Origin: Myxococcota bacterium
GTDB lineage: Bacteria > Myxococcota_A > SURF-8
Direction: 5' to 3'
NCBI GenBank assembly: GCA_965140415.1
Contig: OZ223209.1
Span: 5,312,001 to 5,376,000 of the forward strand
Length of the DNA: 64,000 nt
Within the stretch, counting starts at the first letter, position 1; every line of letters starts with the position of its first letter. Made by a program: the position numbers and the translations under genes. A model generated the notes under the pieces. The model had not been told where the DNA came from, made no database searches, and worked only from the letters and a program-made list of their open reading frames with translations. Shown here in pieces: positions 1-10,791 of this stretch.

Positions 1-697
1 TCATCTGGGTGATGGCGTTTTTGCCGTCGATCAGTTCCACTTTCTCGGTCATCATCACTTTCTGGAACTTGTCTTTCAGATCGAACAGTTTGATACGCAT
101 GGAAACGAAGGTCGTTTTGTTCACCCAGGTAATGTACTTGCTGTAATTGTTGTCTTTGGGATTGGTCGGAATCGACTCGATCACGTAACAATCGACTTGG
201 CCCAGTTTTTCATCGGGCAACCTTTTGTGAGTAGCCTTGTTAACGTCCTTGCTTTCCATATCACCGTAGGTGAACTGCGTACCCATGAACGCTTCGCCCT
301 TGCCGGTCTTACCGCCTTTACGCAACACTTTTTTCAAGGCCGGTAGATACAGGAACTGGTCGTCGTCCTGTTCGCCGGGCAGTTCGATATTCAAAAAGGC
401 GGTACCGGAAATGTCGGCGGGTTCGGTAAAGGTCATTAAAATGCGATTGAGCGTTTCCTTTGATTCCTTGGTTTTTTCTTTCAGGGCCTTTACGCGCACT
501 TTGCGAACTTCCACCACTTCCTGGCCTTCGATCATATCCATGCGCATATCCGCCGTAGCGGCATCGAAATCCATCACGTTGTGCTGATAGGACTTGTCGA
601 TAATCTGATTGGCCGTCAATTCCGCCGCCTGCGCCTGCGCGCAAAACAACAAGCCCGTAACCAGGGCTAAAGCCAGGTACATTCCTAAGGATTTCAT
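1..697 (-). CDS. Outer-membrane lipoprotein-sorting (LolA-like) protein, runs off the left edge
   Basis: Not in the ORF track. Hand translation from ATG 697: MKSLGMYLALALVTGLLFCAQAQAAELTANQIIDKS...FTEPADISGTAFLNIE...DDQFLYLPALKKVLRK...FMGTQFTYGDME. Signal peptide present; GAGGAGG RBS upstream. Confidence 0.8.
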   Translation of the reverse strand, partial: MKSLGMYLALALVTGLLFCAQAQAAELTANQIIDKSYQHNVMDFDAATADMRMDMIEGQEVVEVRKVRVKALKEKTKESKETLNRILMTFTEPADISGTAFLNIELPGEQDDDQFLYLPALKKVLRKGGKTGKGEAFMGTQFTYGDMESKDVNKATHKRLPDEKLGQVDCYVIESIPTNPKDNNYSKYITWVNKTTFVSMRIKLFDLKDKFQKVMMTEKVELIDGKNAITQM

Positions 698-923
698 AAA
701 AAACCTCCTCGTTCGGATATGGGGCGTTCATCGCTTTTCGATGATGTGCAGTGACCTCGTTCGCTTCATAACACAAAGCCGTGGGTTTGTAAACGAGCGA
801 GGTAAACTAGCAATAAACTTCTTGCTCCATTTCTCTTGCCATCCTTGACTTTGCTGGCTATCCTACGCCCGACGATTGTACCGGGTCCGACAATCGGCCC
901 GCTGGAAATGGAGGAGGTAACCG

Positions 924-2159
924 ATGGCAATCATCAAGGCTTTCAAGGGATTTCGTCCACCGCAAACCATAGTAGCTCAGGTCGCCGCGCCCCCCTACGA
1001 CGTGCTCAATTCCGCCGAGGCGCGCGTGATGGCCGAAGGAAATCCCAACAGTTTCCTGCATGTCAACAAACCCGAAATCGATCTGGACCCCTCGGTGAAT
1101 CTGTACGCCGATGAAGTCTATGCCAAAGCGGCTGAAAATCTTAAGGATTTCATCGCCCGCGGCGTGCTGGTCGAAGACAAGGCGGATTGCCTGTACGCCT
1201 ATCGCCAGGAAATGGGACCGCACAGCCAACTGGGCTTGATGGCGGCGGCGGCGGTAGATGATTACGACAACGACAACATCAAAAAACACGAAAAGACGCG
1301 CAAAGATAAAGAAGACGACCGCGCCCGGCACGTGGATGAAACCAACTGCAACGCCGGTCCCGTATTTTTGACTTATCGTCAGGATGATTCCGTGGATGCG
1401 TTGATGGCGCAGGCAAGCGCCGGAGAACCCACCTACGATTTCACCGCCACAGACGGCATCCGGCACACCCTGTGGGTTATCGACGATGCCGAGCTGATCG
1501 AAAAGCTGACGGCGTCTTTCTCCGACATTCCGCGCACCTACGTTGCCGACGGACACCATCGTGCCAAATGCGGCAGCCGGGTTCGAGAACTCAGGAAGCA
1601 AAACAACCCGAATCACACCGGGCAGGAAGAATACAACTTTTTCCTGGCGGTCTTTTTCCCGCACGATCAGTTGAAGATTCTGGACTACAACCGCGTGGTG
1701 ATGGATCTGAACGGTTTGAGCAACGAGGAATTCCTCGGTAAAGTAAAAGAAGCCTTCGAATTGTCCGAAAGCAGTTTGCCATACCCGGAAAAAGTTCATG
1801 ATTTCGGTATGTACCTGGATGGTCGCTGGTATCGCCTGACAGCCAAAGAAGGCAGCTTCGATCCCAACGATCCGGTCGGCTGCCTGGACGTGTCGATTCT
1901 GCAAGAGAACCTGCTCTCCCCGATGCTGGGGATCGGCGATCCGCGCACGGACAAGCGCATCGATTTCGTCGGCGGCATTCGCGGCACGATGGAACTGGAA
2001 AAGCGCGTTAAAGAAGGTTGCGCGGTGGCGTTTTCCATGTATGCCACGACGATGGAGCAACTGATGGACATCGCCGACGCCGGGGCGATCATGCCACCTA
2101 AATCCACCTGGTTCGAGCCGAAACTGCGCTCCGGGCTGGTGGTGCACCTGCTAAGCTAA
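924..2159 (+). CDS. DUF1015 family protein
   Basis: APPYDV, IKKHEKT, YVADGHHR and MPPKSTWFEPKLRSGL motifs; GGAGG RBS. Confidence 0.9.
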   Translation: MAIIKAFKGFRPPQTIVAQVAAPPYDVLNSAEARVMAEGNPNSFLHVNKPEIDLDPSVNLYADEVYAKAAENLKDFIARGVLVEDKADCLYAYRQEMGPHSQLGLMAAAAVDDYDNDNIKKHEKTRKDKEDDRARHVDETNCNAGPVFLTYRQDDSVDALMAQASAGEPTYDFTATDGIRHTLWVIDDAELIEKLTASFSDIPRTYVADGHHRAKCGSRVRELRKQNNPNHTGQEEYNFFLAVFFPHDQLKILDYNRVVMDLNGLSNEEFLGKVKEAFELSESSLPYPEKVHDFGMYLDGRWYRLTAKEGSFDPNDPVGCLDVSILQENLLSPMLGIGDPRTDKRIDFVGGIRGTMELEKRVKEGCAVAFSMYATTMEQLMDIADAGAIMPPKSTWFEPKLRSGLVVHLLS

Positions 2160-2180
2160 TTGATTACGCTAGTCGATTCG

Positions 2181-2253
2181 GAGCCGGGTGAGCAATCACC
2201 CGGTTTCAGACTGCCGATAAAGTCCTCGCCGAAAGGCGGGGAATTTTTGTTTT
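2181..2253 (+). terminator. Two hairpins; the second is a Rho-independent terminator
   Basis: GAGCCGGGTGA-GCAA-TCACCCGGTTT, then TCCTCGCC-GAAA-GGCGGGGA followed by a T-rich tail. Confidence 0.7.
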
Positions 2254-2368
2254 ATGTCCGATTTCAACGCTTTTAATCTATTTACTTCTTCCGGGCCAAC
2301 TCCACCTAAATGATTAATGCAACTTCATGATGTACATTTCTACCAATTGAATCAGGTGCATTTCCAGG

Positions 2369-2398
2369 TTGACAATTGTATTCGGGTATCGCTATTGT
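2369..2398 (+). promoter_or_regulatory. Putative sigma70 promoter of the ELWxxDGT gene
   Basis: TTGACA-N18-TATTGT. Confidence 0.45.
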
Positions 2399-2430
2399 AT
2401 TCATGCTGATATATCATTGATACAATCAAA

Positions 2431-5400
2431 ATGGAGATCACAATGATTCGTATGGGTTGTCTACTGGCGTTCTTGCTTTGTTCCATCTATTTAATAGGTT
2501 GCGGTTCGGACAACTGCGAGGATTGTTTGGACGGAGATGCTGAATCCAATGCGGATTTAGATCTGATCGCAGATGGCGACCCGGAAGGGGAAATCGATCG
2601 GGATCGGAATATCGACGGCGACACGGACGGCGACACGGATGGTGATTTCGATAAAGACTCTGATTTCGTCGAACAAGCGGATTCCGACTTCATGGGGGAT
2701 GGCGATCCCATGGAAGACGGTGATGGGTTCATCGATGGCGACAACGACCTCGCTGAGGATGTCGAGTCGGATTCCGATTTCATTGAAGCGGATGCGGCGG
2801 AATTCGACGAAGGCGGCGAAGTGTTTCTGCCTGATCCAAGTCAGTGCGTTTCATACGGAGACAAGGAAGTCTGCACTTACCGTGTTACGGATATCAATAC
2901 ACAGCGTATCACTTCCCACTCTACTCCCGAAAACTACACGCAGGTCGGGGACATGATTTTCTTCACCGCCTTCGATCCTCAATTAGGAGTAGAATTGTGG
3001 CGCTTCGATCCTGTCTCGAAATCCGCATGGATCGTCAAAGACATCAACCCCGGCTCTTTCGGCTCGTTTCCACGGGATCTGATTGCATTCGACGGCAAGC
3101 TGTTCTTCATCGCCCAAAACAGCGAATATGGACGCGAGATCTGGCGTTCGGATGGCAGTGAAGAGGGAACGGAACTGTTTGCGGATCTCTATCCTGGCAT
3201 GGGATCGTCCTGTTTCTATGAATCCGGCAGCGGTGGAGGCCAGTTCGTCGAATTCAAGCAGCGCCTGTATATCGCGTTACGCACCGAGGAATACGGCTCG
3301 GAAATCTGGAGCACTTCGGGAGATGCCAACGATATCACCCTGTTGAAAGACATCCGGGACATCGACTGTCCGAATGCTTCTCACAATGAATCCTACGGTC
3401 CCTTCGATCTTGCCGCCACTTCCGAGCATCTCTTTTTCTGGGAATACGAAAACCTGGTTTCCAGCTTATGGGTTACGGACGGAACGGAAGCGGGAACGGA
3501 GCAGATTGTAACCGGCGGTCGCTGCTGGTCCGGTGAATGCGCGTTGACTCCCTTAGGCGATTCGGTTTTCTTCGAGTACGGCGATGCCACGAATGGATTT
3601 GAATTATGGACCAGCGACGGCAGCGCCGCAGGCACGCATCTGGTTTCCGATATCAATGAAGGACCGGAATCTTCCGACGCTGGAACGATGATCGTTTTTC
3701 AGGGAAAGTTGTATTTCAGTGCAACAAATGGCGCCACTTCCAATTACTACAGGGATTGCGATTGGGACTATGACCAATTCAGTCTGTATCGAACCGACGG
3801 AACGGAGCAGGGAACGGAACGCATATCCAATATAGTCCATCCCTATACGTTTTCATGGAGAGAAGGAAAGAGCATCCTGTCCCACAACGGCTCGCTGTAT
3901 TTCGTTCATGGAAACTACATGCAAACACGATTTGAGTTATGGAGATTAGATGGCCAGGACGACAGCTTAATACAACTTGCCAGTTTTGAACCGCGATATG
4001 TACCGGAACGAAGTAGCAGTCGTAATTTGGAAACACGACGGGAAGAATTTGACGGCAGAGGCAAACCAACCTGTTTGCATGTGGTAAACGACACAGTCAT
4101 CTTCACTGTTACGGAAACGGGTATGATCCCGGAACTGTGGCGCACTGACGGCACAGCGGCGGGAACGCAGTTCGTCACGTATCTTGGAGAACGAGACTAC
4201 TGGGATGACGACGTTCCGCAACAGCTGGGAGCCTTTAGCGGCTTCGCCTTGTTCAATGCCAACGACGGCATGAATGGCCAGGAACTATGGATCACGGATC
4301 TGACCGACACCGGCACCTACATGCTCAAAGACATCAATCCTATTACGGGCGATTCCAAAATCAATGACATGGCGATCATGGGCGGAAATGCCTACTTCTC
4401 CGCCTTCACCGGTTCGGGCCGATCGGAGTTATGGAGAAGCGATGGTACCGAGCAGGGAACCTATATGATTAAAAACCCTCCGAGTGATGAAATCTTCTGG
4501 GATTCGCCTTCTAATTTCGCGGCACTGCAAAACAAGGTCTTTTTCCAGGCGCGTTGCAAACTGGGTTCGAGTTATCTTCACGTTTCCGATGGCACGGTAG
4601 AAGGAACCAAGCAGTTGCACAACGCAGCATCCGAGCATAATCCCCGTCTTTTTGAAGAAGGAATCGAGTACGATGGAAAGATGTATTTCATTGCTTCTCA
4701 TTTCTTGAAAGGGAAACGGATTTTTAAAAGCGATGGAACTCCCGCTGGCACCCAGTTGGCGGCAGTGGAGAACACCTATCAACAGCCGGAAAAGCTGACA
4801 CTTGCCGACGGTGCGTTTTATTTTCAGTCGAGATTTTCTTCCAATACTGGTGCTGAACTCTGTTTTCTCGATCTTGAAACCCGGCAGGTTCGCATGGCCA
4901 AGGACATCAATACAGGATCGGCCTCTTCGTATCTTCAAGATATGACCGCTCTGGATCATCGCATCCTGTTCTCTGTAGACGACGGCGAGCACGGACAAGA
5001 ATTATGGGTGAGCGACGGCACGGAAAACGGCACGAAGATGGTCAAGGATATCCTGGAAGGCGAGGAATCCGGTTACCCGCACAATCTGGCAAAATGGCAT
5101 GACAGAATCGTCTTTGCCGCTAACGTACAACCCGGAACTCTGGGACTGTGGACCTCGGACGGCAGCGCAGCGGGCACCTCGTTACTTCTGGATTTCAGCC
5201 AGTCAACGGAGCGAAGCTTCAGAGGAAGTCTACAGGTTGCAGGCGATCGTCTTTACTACATCACCTACCAAAGCGATGGAGATATGGAACTATGGGTATT
5301 GAACCAGCCGGGCGACGACCCCGTGCTGCTCAAGGAATCCGACTCACTACAGGGTTGCTCTGACATTTCCGAGATCAAGGATTTCGGCGGTCATGCCCTG

Positions 5401-5655
5401 ATCATGGCATATGGCTCCGATAACAATATAAATTTCAGCTATATTCTCGAATCTCAGAAAGGTTGCTTGTGGTTGACGGACGGCAGCCCGGAAGGCACAC
5501 AGGAACTCAATGCCGGTTCCGGCGAGCGACTCGAACGTTTTAGCATGAATCGTCACTTTTACATCAATGGCAACAAGGCGTTTTTCGTAGCCTGGGACGC
5601 CGCTCACGGCTATGAACTATGGAGCACCCGGATACTGAATGCTCGGCAAGAGTGA
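2431..5655 (+). CDS. ELWxxDGT-repeat surface lipoprotein with an Asp/Gly-rich linker
   Basis: Lipobox-like LIGC; DGD-rich N-terminus; many ELWxSDGT/LWxTDGT repeats. Confidence 0.85.
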   Translation: MEITMIRMGCLLAFLLCSIYLIGCGSDNCEDCLDGDAESNADLDLIADGDPEGEIDRDRNIDGDTDGDTDGDFDKDSDFVEQADSDFMGDGDPMEDGDGFIDGDNDLAEDVESDSDFIEADAAEFDEGGEVFLPDPSQCVSYGDKEVCTYRVTDINTQRITSHSTPENYTQVGDMIFFTAFDPQLGVELWRFDPVSKSAWIVKDINPGSFGSFPRDLIAFDGKLFFIAQNSEYGREIWRSDGSEEGTELFADLYPGMGSSCFYESGSGGGQFVEFKQRLYIALRTEEYGSEIWSTSGDANDITLLKDIRDIDCPNASHNESYGPFDLAATSEHLFFWEYENLVSSLWVTDGTEAGTEQIVTGGRCWSGECALTPLGDSVFFEYGDATNGFELWTSDGSAAGTHLVSDINEGPESSDAGTMIVFQGKLYFSATNGATSNYYRDCDWDYDQFSLYRTDGTEQGTERISNIVHPYTFSWREGKSILSHNGSLYFVHGNYMQTRFELWRLDGQDDSLIQLASFEPRYVPERSSSRNLETRREEFDGRGKPTCLHVVNDTVIFTVTETGMIPELWRTDGTAAGTQFVTYLGERDYWDDDVPQQLGAFSGFALFNANDGMNGQELWITDLTDTGTYMLKDINPITGDSKINDMAIMGGNAYFSAFTGSGRSELWRSDGTEQGTYMIKNPPSDEIFWDSPSNFAALQNKVFFQARCKLGSSYLHVSDGTVEGTKQLHNAASEHNPRLFEEGIEYDGKMYFIASHFLKGKRIFKSDGTPAGTQLAAVENTYQQPEKLTLADGAFYFQSRFSSNTGAELCFLDLETRQVRMAKDINTGSASSYLQDMTALDHRILFSVDDGEHGQELWVSDGTENGTKMVKDILEGEESGYPHNLAKWHDRIVFAANVQPGTLGLWTSDGSAAGTSLLLDFSQSTERSFRGSLQVAGDRLYYITYQSDGDMELWVLNQPGDDPVLLKESDSLQGCSDISEIKDFGGHALIMAYGSDNNINFSYILESQKGCLWLTDGSPEGTQELNAGSGERLERFSMNRHFYINGNKAFFVAWDAAHGYELWSTRILNARQE

Positions 5656-5682
5656 AGCAGGCGAAGGACGTCGGTCGAACCT

Positions 5683-7242
5683 TCACCCGGCTTGGGTTGA
5701 TTGCATGCTTTCCCATGCGCCACGGTCGTTGGCCTGCACCTGCTTGCGCACTTCCGGCAGGAAATGATCGGCGCGGGTCAGATAGTCGTGAAAAGCCTGC
5801 ATCGAAAGCAGAAATACCACAACCTGATCCATCGAGGTGATGCCCTCCCGTCCCATTTGAATGGCGCGTTGGAACAACTCCCGCTTGTGGCGGTTGCGGC
5901 TGAATGCATAGCGGCGCGTCAAGGTCGCCATCACGCGCAATTTCTCTCTTGCGGAAACGGGCTGTTTGCCGGAATGCGTGAATGCGCCGTTTTGTAACAG
6001 CGCCAGTCCGCGCCTTTTCACGCCTTCCCAGTCGAACAAGCGCCGCAAAGCATCGAAGTAGCCGTCCAGCAATTCGGTTTGAGACATTTTCATGTAATGA
6101 ATGCAGGGGAATGCCCCGTTGATGAAGCGCCGGTCCACATCGAACAGGCGGCCTTCTTTTTCCATGCGCTCATGCAGATCCGTGCCGGGAGCCACAGCCA
6201 TGACGGAAAGCATGGTGTAGATCAGGTTGTTACGCTCCACGAATTCCAGGATACGGTCGAAGGCGCATAACTCGTCGGCATCGAAACCAACGATAAACGA
6301 CGCCAGCACGTTGACGCCTGCGCCGTGAATGGCGGCGATGGCCTCTTCGTAGTCTGCGCGCAGGTTATGGCGCTTACCGGTTTCCTTCAAACTGTCCGGG
6401 TTGATCGACTCGAAACCGATCAGCACGCTTAAACAGCCGCTCTCCTTCATCAACTGCAACAATTCCGCATCCTGCGCGATTTCGATACTCGACTGGCAGA
6501 CCCAGGAGCAGTCCAGAGGTTTCATTTGCCGGCACAACTCTTTGGCGTATTCCTTGTTTTTGGCGAAGTTGTCCGCCACGAAAAAGAGCCTGCGAATGGG
6601 TAGAGCTTCGATTTCGGCGATGACATCGGAAATTTCGCGGTAGCGCATTTTGCGCCCGAACAGCTTGTTGACCAAACAGAATTCGCAGGAAAAAGGACAG
6701 CCTCGCGAGGTTTCCAGCGGCAGGCTGTTGATTTGCGAAGTGTTCACCAGATCCCAGCGCGGCAGCGCACTCTGCTTGAATTCGCAGATTCCTTCCGCCT
6801 GATAACGTGCTTTCAACGCTCCCCGTTCGAAATCCTCCAATAACGAGGCCCACACGTTTTCCGCCTCACCCAGCACCACCGCATCGGCATGTTGCAGGGC
6901 TTCGTCTGCACATACGGTCGCATACGAACCGCCCATGACGACGGGCACACCGCGCCGCCGGAAGTCATCTGCAATTTTGTAAGCCCGGTCTATCGTAGAA
7001 ACCAAGGTGGTGATCCCGACCAGATCCGGTAAGTTACCGGTCGGGATGCGGTCGGTTTCGTCGTCGATCAAGCGGATGTCGTAATGATCGGGAGTCAATG
7101 CGGCGATCAAAGGCAGCGCCAGCGGCATGGTCATCTTCCGCTTGCCGAGTAAAAGCGACAATTCTTCCTGCGCGCCATAGTGCTTGTAATCCAAGCGCGG
7201 ATTGATCAGCCACAATCGTTTTTTCTTGTTGGATCGATTCAC
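5683..7242 (-). CDS. B12-binding radical SAM protein
   Basis: SRGCPFSCEFC; N-terminal PLALPLIAALTP...VPVVMGG cobalamin-binding domain. Start moved to GTG 7242, which overlaps the upstream stop (GTGA) and has a GGAG RBS. Confidence 0.85.
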   Translation of the reverse strand: MNRSNKKKRLWLINPRLDYKHYGAQEELSLLLGKRKMTMPLALPLIAALTPDHYDIRLIDDETDRIPTGNLPDLVGITTLVSTIDRAYKIADDFRRRGVPVVMGGSYATVCADEALQHADAVVLGEAENVWASLLEDFERGALKARYQAEGICEFKQSALPRWDLVNTSQINSLPLETSRGCPFSCEFCLVNKLFGRKMRYREISDVIAEIEALPIRRLFFVADNFAKNKEYAKELCRQMKPLDCSWVCQSSIEIAQDAELLQLMKESGCLSVLIGFESINPDSLKETGKRHNLRADYEEAIAAIHGAGVNVLASFIVGFDADELCAFDRILEFVERNNLIYTMLSVMAVAPGTDLHERMEKEGRLFDVDRRFINGAFPCIHYMKMSQTELLDGYFDALRRLFDWEGVKRRGLALLQNGAFTHSGKQPVSAREKLRVMATLTRRYAFSRNRHKRELFQRAIQMGREGITSMDQVVVFLLSMQAFHDYLTRADHFLPEVRKQVQANDRGAWESMQSTQAG

Positions 7243-8669
7243 GAGGGATTCTCCAGATTTGCAGCTTGCATACGTTGTCTGCGAATGCGCAGCAGGCTGC
7301 GGAACATCGGTTCGTCCAGTTTCAATTGCGCCCGTTGCTGCATGGCCTGCTGGATCATCTCCGGGTCCGGGCTGGATTCCAGCGCCGGAATGCAATTTGG
7401 ACGGATAGCGGCGGCCTGTTCGATTCGTTGTGCCAAACGCTGCCTGCCGATACTCGATGATACGTAAAACACCGGACGCAACAGGGAATCCGCAGCCTTT
7501 ATCACACCTTCCTCGCTGGCGATGCGGTGCAGAGCCGTATTCGGATAAATACGAATTCCCTGAGTGATATGAACCATGTCCACCGGATCAATGAAACGGT
7601 CGATGAAATCCAGGCTTTCATCTATGGTCTTGTCCGTTTCGCCGGGCGCGCCGAAAATGAAAAACCACATGGTCGGCATGTCGAGTTTTTTCAAGATGTT
7701 GGCGCACTGCTCCAGCTTTTTGCGGGTGAAGGTTTTCTGAAATGCTTTCAACATGGCCGGGCTGGCGCTGTCGGGAGTGCAATCGATCTGAGCGAAACCG
7801 GCCTGCCGCATCAACTCGATCAACTCTTCCGTTACTCCACCCGGATTGACTCCCATGGTGCGCAGTCGCACCCGCAGACCACGACGAATGATTTCCCGGC
7901 AGATATCCAGGGCATGCGACAAGGGATGGTTGAAGGTGGAATCCACGAACTCGAAGGTCACGTCTCCAAGCCGCTGCTGGGCATCCTCGATTTCGTCTAC
8001 AACCTGATTCACAGGTCGCAGGCGATACTGGCGGCCTTCAATCGTAGGATAGACGCAATACAGGCAATTCAGCTTGCAACCACGCTTGGTTTGAATCGAA
8101 TAGCTTCCCCTGCGGCTGTAAGGGGACCAGTCGAGCCAGCGGTCCAGATGCGCCGGAGGCAGGTCCAATTCGCCATCCTGGATATCAAGCGGCTTGGCCG
8201 CTATGGCGTCGGGCGTTAGTACACCGGGGATTTCCGAAGGATCGCCACCCTTGTCAAGACACTGTAATAACAAGGGAAACACGCGCTCGCCTTCGCCGAT
8301 CACACCGTAATCCGCGCCGAAATCCCATAAAATCGCCTGACCGAAGACGCTGAATCCGGCTCCTCCCAGAATCACGGGAGCCGCGCTTTCTTCGCGGATC
8401 AACGGCATAAATGAGTCTCGGATACCATCCAAATAATAGACGTCGCTGCCCATGACGACATCATCGATGTTGCGAATACCCAAGCCGATGTAATCCGGTT
8501 GAAAATCGCGCAGCAGTTCGCGAAGACCGTCGGTTTTGCGGAAGGTGGCATCGAACAGGCGCACTTCGTAAGCGTTGGCGATGGCACCCGCTACCAGCCC
8601 CAGACCCAACGGCAGAACCGGATAGGGAGCTTTTTCGGAATTGGTATTGATTAAAAGGACTTTCTTCAT
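7239..8669 (-). CDS. B12-binding radical SAM protein, resembling the lipid-biosynthesis type
   Basis: MKKVLLINTNSEKAPYPVLPLGL N-terminus; KRGCKLNCLYC; FVDSTFN. Confidence 0.85.
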   Translation of the reverse strand: MKKVLLINTNSEKAPYPVLPLGLGLVAGAIANAYEVRLFDATFRKTDGLRELLRDFQPDYIGLGIRNIDDVVMGSDVYYLDGIRDSFMPLIREESAAPVILGGAGFSVFGQAILWDFGADYGVIGEGERVFPLLLQCLDKGGDPSEIPGVLTPDAIAAKPLDIQDGELDLPPAHLDRWLDWSPYSRRGSYSIQTKRGCKLNCLYCVYPTIEGRQYRLRPVNQVVDEIEDAQQRLGDVTFEFVDSTFNHPLSHALDICREIIRRGLRVRLRTMGVNPGGVTEELIELMRQAGFAQIDCTPDSASPAMLKAFQKTFTRKKLEQCANILKKLDMPTMWFFIFGAPGETDKTIDESLDFIDRFIDPVDMVHITQGIRIYPNTALHRIASEEGVIKAADSLLRPVFYVSSSIGRQRLAQRIEQAAAIRPNCIPALESSPDPEMIQQAMQQRAQLKLDEPMFRSLLRIRRQRMQAANLENPS

Positions 8670-8858
8670 ACACGTCGCTCGCAAGATTGCAGAATTTATT
8701 CGAACATTTATCAGGTTACGAAAAATACGGGCTTTTCGTATGAGAGTCAAGCTTGACGCGCACGCCAATATTGACTTTTTGTCAGATTCATTTTACGTTT
8801 CCACGGTCGAACGGCTATAATCCGCAACAGTAGTAATAGTAAAAGCGGTCCTTAGTCA

Positions 8859-9284
8859 ATGAAAACGAGGCGATGGATGACCAAACAGCTGCGTGATGAG
8901 TTCACCTTCCCGGTGACAGTCGAATTCGAGGATGTCGATTCCTACCAGATCGCGCATCATTCCAAGTACGTGTTATACCTGGAACGGGCGCGGCTGCGAT
9001 ATTTCAAAAGCTTGAATTTCAAGCTGGATGCCGGTTCGACCAACGCGGTGCTGTATCACCTGGATATGCAGTTCAAGAAAGTCGCCCGGCTGCTGGATGA
9101 ACTGACAGTCTCCGTTTTCGTGGAAAGCGTGGATGCCTACCGCCTGACGTTGGGATATCGCATCCGCAAAGGGGACGAGCTGATGGTGCGAGCGAAAACC
9201 GTGCTGGCGTTCATCGACTCCGCAAACAAAGAACTGGTTCCCATCCCCCCGGAGTATCTGGAACGCGGAGGATGGACGATTTAA
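8859..9284 (+). CDS. Acyl-CoA thioesterase (YbgC/4HBT hot-dog fold)
   Basis: VEFEDVDSYQIAHHSKYVLYLERAR motif. Confidence 0.85.
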   Translation: MKTRRWMTKQLRDEFTFPVTVEFEDVDSYQIAHHSKYVLYLERARLRYFKSLNFKLDAGSTNAVLYHLDMQFKKVARLLDELTVSVFVESVDAYRLTLGYRIRKGDELMVRAKTVLAFIDSANKELVPIPPEYLERGGWTI

Positions 9285-9342
9285 CAGCTTGAATGAACAA
9301 GACCGAATCAATCGAGACCGAATCAATACGGAATAGTAAGAA

Positions 9343-10791
9343 ATGAAAATTTGCCTGATCATGTCCGCCTCGCCTACCGATGCACTGCGAGGCTTCGAAC
9401 CCTTCATGCCGCTATCATTGCCTCTGCTGGCAGCGACGGCTCCCGATCACGACTATACGTTGATCGATCAACTGGCCAGCAATGATTCCGTCGATTTCGA
9501 GCGTCATTACGACCTGGTCGGTATCAGCATGCGTATGACGGCGGAAGCGGAAGCGTATCGAATTGCAGATGAATTCAGAAAACGCGGCGTGCCGGTGGTG
9601 ATCGGTGGACCACAGGCAACTGCCCTGCCGCAACGAGCCAAACGACACGCAGATGCCGTTGCCGTCGGTGAGGGCGAGGCGCTATGGCCGATCATCGTTT
9701 CCGATGCCGAACGTGAAGACCTGCACGATTTCTACGTCTGTTCCCCCAAACCTTTCGAAGCCGGGGATGCGCGCGTGTTCCAGTTTCAAGGTTACCCGGA
9801 ACTGGCCGGTCTGGCGCAGCCCTTGCGCAAGCTGTACCCCAAACGCTATCGTTTCGACACGGTCTTCGCCTCGCGTGGCTGTCCGATCAACTGCGACTTC
9901 TGTGCTGTAAGCGGCATGTATGGCTACCGGGCGCGACTGCGACCGGTGGAAGAAGTTGTAGACGAGATCCGAAAATTCAAGAGTTTCTACTACCTGCTGG
10001 ACGATTCGGTTTTCGGGCGGCCTTCTACCTATGATTACTACCTGGAACTGTACGATGCCTTGGCGAAATTGCCGAAAAAGCAGTTCTGGGTCGGACAGGC
10101 AAACCTGGGCGCAATCGCCGATGAAAAAGGGCGCGAAGTCATTCGCCGCGCGGTGGACGCCGGATTCCTGTATGCCATGGTCGGCATGGAATCGATCAAT
10201 CCGCAAGTGTTGGAAAAAACCGGTGTCTTGCGCAAAGCCGGATTGCAAAAGGCTTCACAGGCCGTAGAGGAAATGAAGGAGCAGATCGCATTCCTGCAAG
10301 ACTTGGGTATTGTGGTCAGCGGCTGGTTCACCATGGGCTACGACGATGACAGCCTGCAAACCTACTACGACACGCTGCGTTTCTGCCTGGAAACGAAAGT
10401 CCTGCCGGTGCTCTCGCCGGTCAACGCTCTGCCTGCCACTCCGCTATACGAGCGACTGGCAAAGGAAGGTCGCCTGGATAACGCAGACAGCCTGACCAAC
10501 TATCCGCAACCCAAGATCCCCAAAGAGGACATCATTCAGGCACTGCGCCACAGTGTGGACGAGGGTTACAGTCTGTCCGTCAACTGGAAGAGGCTGGTTT
10601 TTTACCGCAAACGATTCCGCAACGTCAACGGCTCCAGCCCGGAGGACCGCATCAAGAAAACGATTTTCACGGCGATTCTGCAACGCAACATGCCCAAGAT
10701 TCTGCGGCGTGAAATCGACAATCTCGCGAACGAGCAGTCGCAGAATTATTACGAAACAGAGGAGGAACGCAGGGGAGGCAACCTTGGGTAG
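9343..10791 (+). CDS. B12-binding radical SAM protein
   Basis: SRGCPINCDFC; PLSLPLLAA...VPVVIGGPQAT. Confidence 0.85.
   Translation: MKICLIMSASPTDALRGFEPFMPLSLPLLAATAPDHDYTLIDQLASNDSVDFERHYDLVGISMRMTAEAEAYRIADEFRKRGVPVVIGGPQATALPQRAKRHADAVAVGEGEALWPIIVSDAEREDLHDFYVCSPKPFEAGDARVFQFQGYPELAGLAQPLRKLYPKRYRFDTVFASRGCPINCDFCAVSGMYGYRARLRPVEEVVDEIRKFKSFYYLLDDSVFGRPSTYDYYLELYDALAKLPKKQFWVGQANLGAIADEKGREVIRRAVDAGFLYAMVGMESINPQVLEKTGVLRKAGLQKASQAVEEMKEQIAFLQDLGIVVSGWFTMGYDDDSLQTYYDTLRFCLETKVLPVLSPVNALPATPLYERLAKEGRLDNADSLTNYPQPKIPKEDIIQALRHSVDEGYSLSVNWKRLVFYRKRFRNVNGSSPEDRIKKTIFTAILQRNMPKILRREIDNLANEQSQNYYETEEERRGGNLG

Noticed and set aside
858-2147. 429-aa minus-strand ORF
   Set aside because: Antisense shadow of the DUF1015 gene; no motifs.
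7243-7395. N-terminal extensions given by the ORF track (also at 10553, 13522, 41503, 53879, 57758, 58294)
   Set aside because: They overlap neighbouring genes or promoters; downstream starts with RBS or stop/start coupling fit better.
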